The translations under genes and the position numbers were made by a program. The notes beneath the pieces were generated by a model. The model was given only the letters and a program-made list of their open reading frames with translations, had not been told where the DNA came from and did no database searches. Shown here piece by piece: positions 19,532 to 26,153 of a stretch of 64,000 nt of DNA (position 1 is its first letter; each line of letters opens with the position of its first letter). The stretch is from Gemmatimonadaceae bacterium (GTDB lineage: Bacteria > Gemmatimonadota > Gemmatimonadetes > Gemmatimonadales > Gemmatimonadaceae): positions 5,876-69,875 of the forward strand of contig DATMLM010000023.1 in NCBI GenBank assembly GCA_035570055.1, in the 5' to 3' direction.

Positions 19532-19802
19532 TCCCGCCTACCGCACACGCAGACAGGCGCTAATCGTGGCTTCGAAGTCAGGTCGCCGCAGCGAGAAATC
19601 CGTGACAACGCGGGCCTCCCAGCCGAAGTAAAGCGCGACGATGGCGGTGAGCGGCCGCGATCACAGCCACGACCGCAAACCAAGCAGTTACTCACTCAGC
19701 CGTCATGTTCGACTGTGCTCCTTGGCGCGCGTACTAGACTGCGACTAGAGACAGCAGCTTGACATTAGCGTATTTTTCTTCAGGTCCCGCCCGGGAGTTT
19801 GC

Positions 19803-20042
19803 ATGCAAGAGAGTACTGCGACCAAGACAAGTGTCATCCACACTGACCCTGAGATCCAAAGCGGCACGCCGGTGTTCGTTGGTACGCGCGTGCCCGCCGC
19901 GTCGCTGTTCGACTGGCTGGAGGGCGGCTCAACGCTCGAGGAGTTCCTAGACAACTTTCCTAGTGTGACGCGCGACCAGGCGATCGCGGCGCTGGAAGAA
20001 GCAAAGGCGAGCGTGGTCGGCGGTGCGCGTCCTGCTCGATGA
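19803..20042 (+). CDS. DUF433 domain protein (antitoxin-like partner of DUF5615)
   Basis: 79 aa. IHTDPEIQSGTPVFVGTRVPAASLFDWLEGGSTLEEFLDNFPSVTRDQAIAALEEA matches the DUF433 consensus (..DPxxxxGxPxxxGTRIPVxxIxxxLxxGxSxEEILxxYPxLTxEDIxAAL). There is a good SD (GGGAG) 7 nt upstream. Confidence 0.7.
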   Translation: MQESTATKTSVIHTDPEIQSGTPVFVGTRVPAASLFDWLEGGSTLEEFLDNFPSVTRDQAIAALEEAKASVVGGARPAR

Positions 20043-20348
20043 GAACTTGCCGCGCCAGCTCGCGCGCGAGCTGGTAGGACACGACACGAAAACTGTCCCA
20101 CAGATGGGTGGGCGTCGCTAAAGAACGGAGCGCTGCTCACCGCCATGGCCCGGGCAGGATTTGACGCCCTGGTCACGATGGACAAAAACCTTCACAAGCA
20201 ACAACGAGTGGCTGATCTCCCGTTCGGCATCGTTCTGATCCGGGCACGGGACAATCAACTTGCGACTCTGTTGCCGCTAGCCCAAGACATGCTGAGCGCG
20301 CTCAAAGAGGTGCGGCAGGGTCAGGTCGTCAGTGTTGGGATCGACTGA
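20023..20348 (+). pseudogene. DUF5615 (PIN-like putative toxin) gene disrupted by a frameshift
   Basis: A GTG start overlaps the DUF433 stop by 20 nt and reads VRVLLDENLPRQLARELVGHDTKTVPQMGGRR*. The rest of the family sequence (...WASLKNGALLTAMARAGFDALVTMDKNLHKQQRVADLPFGIVLIRARDNQLATLLPLAQDMLSALKEVRQGQVVSV) is in the +2 frame. The shift falls in the G-rich run cagatgggtgggcg (~20104-20114). Confidence 0.6.
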
Positions 20349-20488
20349 CCTGCAGGACCGCTTGTGGGCTGCTACTTGCTGCCGGCGAGTCTGTAATCCC
20401 TTCTGCCATAGATGGTTGCTAGCGTCGGCCGTACCCGATAGTTTCCCGAAATGTACGGAGGTACGTGTAAACATCTATGGAGGCTTCT

Positions 20489-20617
20489 GTGTCAATCCCT
20501 CTCCCCATCTGCGACGCTTGCGGTCGGCGGACGGCGACAATCAAGCGGGACAACGTGTGGTACTGCCAGGTCTGCGATAACGGCCCGGGCGTGACGCGTC
20601 TATCTACCGGCCACTAG
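20489..20617 (+). CDS. possible small zinc-ribbon protein (42-46 aa, CxxC-x15-CxxC)
   Basis: It lies below the ORF-track size cutoff. Translation: (MEAS)VSIPLPICDACGRRTATIKRDNVWYCQVCDNGPGVTRLSTGH. GGAGG sits 5 nt upstream of the GTG at 20489. An alternative ATG is at 20477. Confidence 0.3.
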   Translation: MSIPLPICDACGRRTATIKRDNVWYCQVCDNGPGVTRLSTGH

Positions 20618-20898
20618 CGACAGCCGCCGTAGAAGCCGTCGCCTTGATAGCTCACAGCGCGGATCGTGTCCTGCTGCGTCGTGAGCGCCACCTTGCATGT
20701 GACGTTGCCGCCGCGCGTGACCTGGCGCCAGACCATGACCTTGCGTCCGTCGCTGAGATCGAACGCATCTCGGGGAGCACCCCACTTCTCGATCGCGACG
20801 TCGATGGGCTGGCCCTTCCAGCTCTCCATCTCACGGCGAAAGCCTCCGCTGCTGGCGCACGCTGCGACCAGCACGACCAGTCCTACCGCGACGCGCAT
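20614..20898 (-). CDS. small hypothetical lipoprotein
   Basis: MRVAVGLVVLVAACASSG (lipobox VAAC) + 75 aa. The longer annotated ORF up to 21087 runs through the repeat element and is unlikely to be translated. Confidence 0.45.
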   Translation of the reverse strand: MRVAVGLVVLVAACASSGGFRREMESWKGQPIDVAIEKWGAPRDAFDLSDGRKVMVWRQVTRGGNVTCKVALTTQQDTIRAVSYQGDGFYGGCR

Positions 20899-21073
20899 TC
20901 GCTCCTCAGCGATGGTTTGACAAGGGACGCGAACTCGGGTGTTGTGGCAACCTTTTTTGGCTGCAACCCTTTCGGTGGGTGCGACAGTACACCGGGGCTT
21001 AGCCACCGGACGTCTCGACGAGCCCACATGAACTCGCCGGGTCGGCGAATCCGGGCTAGGCGAAGTGCAACTC

Positions 21074-21154
21074 GTGGCGCTCAGCAACGCCGAGGCCCAC
21101 CGTTCCGTCGTCGCGTTACTTGGTCAAGTCGCTCAGTAAGAATAGCTCACGGGC
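21074..21154. repeat. copy B of the repeated intergenic element (GTGGCGCTCAGCAACG, a 26-bp insertion, TTACTTGGTCAAGTCGCTCAGTAAGAATAGCTCACGGGCT)
   Basis: The left arm is shared with copy A. The right arm plus GTTTCTG plus the tRNA 5' half is shared with copy C. Confidence 0.6.
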
Positions 21155-21161
21155 TGTTTCT

Positions 21162-21198
21162 GGCGCGGTAGCCAAGTGGTAAGGCAGCGGTCTGCAAA
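21162..21198 (+). other. truncated tRNA-Cys 5' half (37 nt; acceptor stem, D arm and anticodon stem/loop up to position 37), i.e. an att-site remnant
   Basis: GGCGCGGTAGCCAAGTGGTAAGGCAGCGGTCTGCAAA is identical to nt 1-37 of the intact tRNA-Cys at 23178. The sequence diverges immediately after the anticodon loop (TGGCTAGC instead of ACCGCTAT). Confidence 0.75.
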
Positions 21199-21353
21199 TG
21201 GCTAGCTCGAACAGGTGCCAGAGTGCACCTGAGTGCTAAGTAGGAATTCGAGTAGGCTTAGGGAGAGGGCGGTTTCCCACGGTGTCTGATGGGAGCCGCC
21301 ATGTTTCTCTCAGGGTGCCACCAATACTGCCACCGGCTCATGGAGCGCAGGCT

Positions 21354-21758
21354 ATGGCGAATGACGCGCGCATTGAGGCTCTCGTAGACGCGCAGCTCGC
21401 CCTCATCGAGGATCCTGAACGCAGGAATGCACTGGCGCGGCTGCTCGTGCCACCTCGTCACGAGGAGCGCGAATGGGACTACGGTGCCGAGGGAGAGCGC
21501 TACCCGTACTGGGTTGTTGCGGAGGCGCCCGATCGCGGCGTGATACTCGTGTATTGCGAGCACGGATTTGGTCCCGACGAGCCTTGGGGCTTCTTGTTCA
21601 CGGATGAGCCGGACTTCACGTCGCTCGGCATGGATAGTCAATGGGGCTGGTACTTGGAGGAGGCGTTCGTGCGGTCCGGCCTGTGGAAGGGCCAGACCAG
21701 CATCAGCGACGCCTTTCACAAGTCACCAGAACAGCGTTTCGGCTCGCACAAGACCTGA
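21354..21758 (+). CDS. hypothetical protein (possible immunity-like small protein) in the tRNA-flanked islet
   Basis: ~134 aa from MANDARIEALVDAQLALIEDPERRNALARLL... to ...SQWGWYLEEAFVRSGLW. No recognisable domain. The ORF could start at 21282. Confidence 0.4.
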   Translation: MANDARIEALVDAQLALIEDPERRNALARLLVPPRHEEREWDYGAEGERYPYWVVAEAPDRGVILVYCEHGFGPDEPWGFLFTDEPDFTSLGMDSQWGWYLEEAFVRSGLWKGQTSISDAFHKSPEQRFGSHKT

Positions 21759-21952
21759 GGCTCGCGAGCAGCGGACTGAAAACGCGAACTCGGTCGCGAA
21801 GTCCACGTAGCTGCCAAATTGCTTGCCTGGGCCCAGTTAGCGGAAAGGGCGATTTCTCACGGTGTACGCGAGAAGTCGCCCTTTCTTGTTATGTCTGCCC
21901 ACGGAATTGCCCTCGTTCGATAGATCGGGCATCGTCGACACGACGCGCCCCG

Positions 21953-22879
21953 TCACAGAGAATTGCCCTCAGCCGCAGTGCGGAAAGCGACGCCAGCGCG
22001 TCGTCGTGGAATTTCTCGCGCAACCAGGTTCCACCCGCGCCAGTCGTATACCGTTTGAGGCGTCGTGAACCGTGGAGTCGTCGGCCATATCAGAGACAAA
22101 TCGTACTGCTGAGCAAAGGCGTCCCCCATCGTTTGACGAGCATCTCCGACATTGTCGGGCATGCTAATCGTAAGCATGAACAGCTTGCCCATAACAAACC
22201 CAGTCGCCTGTCGGCAGACCCCACCGTTAAAGCGGGGGTCGACTATATCCCCGGGTTCATTCCACCCAACGTGGTTCATGACGCCCGACTGCACATCCGA
22301 GTATTTGCCAATCCAGACCGACCATGTCGGTGGCGCTTCCATTTTGTTGACGAACTCGAGGCGTTCCTCCTTCGAAGTCGCCTGTGTTGGAGGATGGGCA
22401 GTTTCCCGTACCATCGTGTTCATCGCGGCCCAGGTAGCCACAAGGTGTTGGCCCCGTTCGTCGAGCTGTGGCCAGTTCCCTAAAACCATCGACCGGAGAT
22501 ATTTCTTCGCTCGCTCTTGAAGGGCACTCATGCGGACGTTGTTGCAGTGTGCACAGAGCACTCGCAGTGCTTGCGAGTGGGGGTCGCCTGGACGATCGAG
22601 TTTTCCTCGGCTGAACTGGTATGGACCTAATGTGCCCGTTGAGATAGCAATGCCACGGATACTGACGGAATGACTAGTGTTCGTGAACCAGAGGCCGACA
22701 TACCGCCGCAACCAGCGCGGGTTGAGGTGCTCCTTGGTTAGCCGTCCCGCCTTTCCGCAAAACAGGCACTCATTGCGACTCGCTGACATCGCCGATCGCG
22801 AATCAGAACGCTTCAAGGCAAGTCCTCCCTCGACGGGCGCCGGCGTTGGAAACGTGAGCGGCGCGAATACGACCGACAC
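21953..22879 (-). CDS. HNH endonuclease domain protein (HNH_5-like N-terminus plus a domain of unknown function)
   Basis: CLFCGKAGRLTKEHLNPRWL .... VLCAHCNNVRMS gives CxxC...EH...CxxCN, as in HNH_5 nucleases. The probable start is the Met at 22789 (MSASRNECLFCGK). Local GC is ~55%. Confidence 0.55.
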   Translation of the reverse strand: MSVVFAPLTFPTPAPVEGGLALKRSDSRSAMSASRNECLFCGKAGRLTKEHLNPRWLRRYVGLWFTNTSHSVSIRGIAISTGTLGPYQFSRGKLDRPGDPHSQALRVLCAHCNNVRMSALQERAKKYLRSMVLGNWPQLDERGQHLVATWAAMNTMVRETAHPPTQATSKEERLEFVNKMEAPPTWSVWIGKYSDVQSGVMNHVGWNEPGDIVDPRFNGGVCRQATGFVMGKLFMLTISMPDNVGDARQTMGDAFAQQYDLSLIWPTTPRFTTPQTVYDWRGWNLVAREIPRRRAGVAFRTAAEGNSL

Positions 22880-23131
22880 CTGAAGCTTTCTAAGTTGGGT
22901 TCCCGCGTGCTGGCGAGTCGCTGAGAACAGCGGTCACGATACCCAGCATGCCGGGGGTTGGAACTGCTCAAACCTGCTCGCGTCGTCAATGCGAGTATCC
23001 GAGGGATCGGGGCAAGGCTAGAACAGCAGCCCGGGCGGAGACTGCGCGGGCAAGTATCAGGTTGGCTTAACGATGAGTGCCACCAATTTTGCCACCACTC
23101 GTCAGTACGAGAGTGTCACGCCGGTCCCGGC

Positions 23132-23170
23132 CGACTTGTTCAAGTCGCTCGCTCGAAATAGCTTACGGGC
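23132..23170. repeat. copy C of the repeated element (GACTTGTTCAAGTCGCTCGCTCGAAATAGCTTACGGGCT), immediately upstream of the intact tRNA-Cys
   Basis: ~90% identical to copies A and B over 39 nt. It is followed by the same GTTTCTG spacer as copy B. Confidence 0.6.
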
Positions 23171-23177
23171 TGTTTCT

Positions 23178-23249
23178 GGCGCGGTAGCCAAGTGGTAAGG
23201 CAGCGGTCTGCAAAACCGCTATTCGCCGGTTCGATTCCGGCCCGCGCCT
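23178..23249 (+). tRNA. tRNA-Cys (anticodon GCA)
   Basis: GGCGCGGTAGCCAAGTGGTAAGGCAGCGGTCTGCAAAACCGCTATTCGCCGGTTCGATTCCGGCCCGCGCCT. It has a 7-bp acceptor stem (GGCGCGG/CCGCGCC), an anticodon stem GCGGT/ACCGC with loop CTGCAAA (U33, G34 C35 A36, A37), a T-arm GGTTCGATTCC, and no encoded CCA. Confidence 0.85.
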
Positions 23250-23311
23250 CTCGACAACGAATGCAGACCCATACGAAGAGCACGGTGCGCGTTCTTCCTA
23301 GAGTCGACCGA

Positions 23312-23908
23312 TCAATGCCTCAACGGGTCCACTCGGTCAGCGTACGCCTCGGCCCAGGCAATCCAATCTGTGGTGGATAGACCTGGCGGAACGATTGGCA
23401 GCGGGCCGGCCGCATTTGCGACGTGATTTTCGCCGTCCGTGCTGGGGTCACGCCCGAGTTGCTTGCTAAGTTCGGCAATATAGCAACGAATCAGCCGGGA
23501 AAGTTGCCATGAATTGGCCTGCCGTTCGATCTCCTTAGCGAGGGCCGCTTCCCGAACCTGGATTCGTTGGGTTTCCGCAGCGCGGTTGGCGGCTTCGCGC
23601 TCCCGCTCGAGCTTTTGCTGCCAGTCCGCGATGACACGTCGGTACTCTGTCGCAGCGTCGACGATGCCGCCTATCACGGCGTCGAGTTGTTGCTCAAGCA
23701 AATCGCCCTGTTTCCCAGGTCGTGGATCGGACCAGATCCGGAATGTGCCCCACCCGCCCACATGATGCGGTATGGAGAGCGCGAGCCTGCCAGACGGGAT
23801 CACTTCGCGTACGCCATCGAGCGAACTCATCGAACGCCGCTGTTGTCCACGTAAGTGGGCTTCCGGCGCCGGTGTGGTTGGTTTGACCTGTTTGCGCAAC
23901 TCGCGCAT
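23312..23908 (-). CDS. hypothetical protein with a central coiled coil (second gene of a two-gene operon beside tRNA-Cys)
   Basis: 198 aa with a coiled-coil segment QQKLEREREAANRAAETQRIQVREAALAKEIERQAN. No known domain. Confidence 0.4.
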   Translation of the reverse strand: MRELRKQVKPTTPAPEAHLRGQQRRSMSSLDGVREVIPSGRLALSIPHHVGGWGTFRIWSDPRPGKQGDLLEQQLDAVIGGIVDAATEYRRVIADWQQKLEREREAANRAAETQRIQVREAALAKEIERQANSWQLSRLIRCYIAELSKQLGRDPSTDGENHVANAAGPLPIVPPGLSTTDWIAWAEAYADRVDPLRH

Positions 23909-23975
23909 CGTGAGAAGAACATCTTGATCGTCGACGTTGACACATGTGACATAGCCGTGCCATTGGGAAGGCCAC

Positions 23976-24284
23976 CTACGTCATCGGCTCAAGCTGGCCG
24001 CGCGAGTTCATCCGTGGCCGCGGCATCCGGCTCTCGACGCGATATCCTCGGTCCTCGAGCACTTTAAAAAGGGCATCGAGTATTCGGAGCGCCCGATCTC
24101 GCGTTTTGTCGGAGACCCTGAGATCGGGGTATAACGTCTCCGCTTGTCCGGTCGCGGCATGTTTTCGTCGAGACTTGACGAGAGTCACGAGAGGATGCCA
24201 CGGCTTAGCGTCATCGATATTCGCGGCAACGGCGATCGCTCCCAGACCCATCGACTCGCGTCGGGATTGAGTGGTTTTGGGCAT
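23976..24284 (-). CDS. hypothetical protein (first gene of the same two-gene operon)
   Basis: 102 aa, 67 nt upstream of the 198-aa gene on the same strand. The in-frame ORF after its stop (23694..23975) is GC-noise. Confidence 0.35.
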   Translation of the reverse strand: MPKTTQSRRESMGLGAIAVAANIDDAKPWHPLVTLVKSRRKHAATGQAETLYPDLRVSDKTRDRALRILDALFKVLEDRGYRVESRMPRPRMNSRGQLEPMT

Positions 24285-24371
24285 AGCTGTAACAATATAT
24301 AGGCACGCGAGTCAACGCTCATGAACATCGGCACCTCAACGACAGTGTTGTTCTCACCGGAGTGACGTTGG

Positions 24372-25529
24372 ATGGCAATCACATCACACCGACTGGTCGG
24401 AATTCTGGAGTTCCGGACGCTGCTAACAAATGAGCTCCACCTACGAGAACACTATGACGCGTTGTTAGCCGACTTCGCGGCAATCCCGACCGGCATGCCG
24501 ATATGGGGCCCCGCCATGTACGGCTCCTTCTCCGCGACCTCGCATTTGCGGTGGCGGTTTCAACGCTCCAATGGATCGGATGACCGGCTAGTGCAAAGCC
24601 TCTGTAGGCGCGCATTCCGTCGGCCACTGACCGAGGCGGTGTTCGTTCTGGATACGGTCTTCGTACCGGATAGCGAGACAATGGCGGAGCTTTCTCCCGA
24701 AATTGGCGAAGGCGGTCTTATCTCACTGGCGGCGAGTATGCTCGCCGATACGCTGCGGAGTCTCGTCTACGCCGCCAACATTGCTCGTCCGGCAACGCTG
24801 ACATCAGTCAGTGTTGCCGTTGCGATGGGAGACGGACGGCAGATGTTCGAGCGACACGATCTAATCGGTGACTTCGGGGCGGTCCGAGAGTACGCCACTC
24901 GGACTGGATGGCCCATCTTCGACGAGTTACCTATCCTCGATGTCTGGGTATGGACCTTGAAGAACTTCCTACCAACCCGTTGCGGCGATAGCCCGCTCTC
25001 CCGTGCATTCAACGCACACACGTACCTGTATGGTGTGGAAATTCCGACTCCCCTCAAGATGTTAGCCGCCCTGATCGGGGTGGAGGCGCTGTTTGGGGGT
25101 GGCTCGACCAATCAACTCATCGAGCGCGTTCACCTATTGCTGGGTCCGTCCAAGGACTTTAGGCGTGACCTCCGACGCATGTACGAAATCAGAAGTGCCG
25201 TTGTGCACGGATCAGCGGGATTTCCTCCACACTTATTCCCATATGCTGACCCCCCTGCATACGCCGGGCGCCGACGAGAGACTGACAAGGCGGCCGACGT
25301 TGGCTCAGCGATTTTGCTTGCCGCGCTTCAACGTTGCGCCAAGGTTGGCGCTAGCCGTCTCGAATACGAGGAGCACCTGACTCATCACACGGAGGACTAC
25401 GATCAGGAGCGCTCGGACGAGATAGGGACGAATTTTGTGCGCTACAGACTATCGGATGTCCAGGCCTACGAGACGGGCGTAAGGCGCGCCATGCGGCAAC
25501 GGTCACGGAAGACCGCGTCGCGAGGTTGA
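24372..25529 (+). CDS. HEPN domain protein (Apea-like / abortive-infection-like)
   Basis: 385 aa. The C-terminal block NQLIERVHLLLGPSKDFRRDLRRMYEIRSAVVHGS contains the HEPN R-x4-H motif (RSAVVH) in Apea-like context. The N-terminal ~250 aa are uncharacterised. It is divergent from the two-gene operon. Confidence 0.55.
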   Translation: MAITSHRLVGILEFRTLLTNELHLREHYDALLADFAAIPTGMPIWGPAMYGSFSATSHLRWRFQRSNGSDDRLVQSLCRRAFRRPLTEAVFVLDTVFVPDSETMAELSPEIGEGGLISLAASMLADTLRSLVYAANIARPATLTSVSVAVAMGDGRQMFERHDLIGDFGAVREYATRTGWPIFDELPILDVWVWTLKNFLPTRCGDSPLSRAFNAHTYLYGVEIPTPLKMLAALIGVEALFGGGSTNQLIERVHLLLGPSKDFRRDLRRMYEIRSAVVHGSAGFPPHLFPYADPPAYAGRRRETDKAADVGSAILLAALQRCAKVGASRLEYEEHLTHHTEDYDQERSDEIGTNFVRYRLSDVQAYETGVRRAMRQRSRKTASRG

Positions 25530-25547
25530 TCTCGACGCTCGTGAGCC

Positions 25548-25823
25548 TCAACGGGGTTGGTCCTTGTCGAGGCCCGCCGCTGCGGTCGCAAGGAATTGGT
25601 TGATCGACGTGCCATGCCGTTCGGCGAGCGCCGTTATGCGCTCGACGTCGGTATCGACAGGCGGATTCCCCGAGAATCTGTCGCGCGATCTTTTGCATTC
25701 GGGTAGAGTTTCACTGGGTGTAGCGCGTAGGATGTCATGAGACCCGGTCCGGCGCACCAGAGTTGATCGTGTGCCCATCGTCGCTACGTTCGATGACCAA
25801 GTGGCCGGCGTTCGAATGCACAC
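25548..25823 (-). CDS. small protein with a C-terminal ribbon-helix-helix/HicB-like antitoxin segment
   Basis: VERITALAERHGTSINQFLATAAAG resembles RHH antitoxin C-termini (..LAEREGVSLNQLIxTALA). A GTG start is at 25823. A shorter product could begin at MGTRST (25778). Confidence 0.35.
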   Translation of the reverse strand: MCIRTPATWSSNVATMGTRSTLVRRTGSHDILRATPSETLPECKRSRDRFSGNPPVDTDVERITALAERHGTSINQFLATAAAGLDKDQPR

Positions 25824-26153
25824 GAATGCCGAGTCCAGAAAGAACGAGCGCCCACTCTTCGGGTTATTGGCTTCGGCCGGCGCTAAAGTTTCTCGGCTGA
25901 GTCAAGCATTCGGCAGAGCAAATCTGAAAGGCGATCCCAGGGACCTGGCCAGCCAATATCTGGGTATGAAAACGGCTGCTAGTCTTCTTCTCCGACGCTT
26001 TGACTGGACTTTTCCTCTGAGTTGGCAGACGCATCCCGATTGATCAGCGAGGATGCAGTCGTCGTCTCCTTGAAAACCCAATCCGGTACGAGCGCCGCCG
26101 CCCTTTGCACCATAGTCCAAATGGATTGGAGATGGAGGGCTGAGCCAAGAGCC

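Noticed and set aside
20614-21087. Extended 157-aa version of the small lipoprotein ORF (and the analogous 17901-17933 extension of the M10 protease) beginning MLSAT....
   Set aside because: The shared MLSAT N-terminus is simply the reverse complement of the repeated intergenic element GTGGCGCTCAGCAACG. The real starts are the downstream Met codons followed by signal peptides.
23694-23975. ORF directly in frame after the stop of the 102-aa gene, suggesting a single read-through or pseudogenised longer gene.
   Set aside because: Its translation is compositional noise (MAFPMARLCHMCQRRRSRCSS...). The downstream 198-aa gene is in a different frame with its own ATG, so two separate genes is the simpler model.
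25548-25823. Possible HicA toxin signature (LVRRTGSHDILRA resembling the GSH motif) in the RHH-like small protein.
   Set aside because: Only a 3-residue match. The surrounding residues do not fit HicA, and no separate HicA-like ORF lies adjacent.
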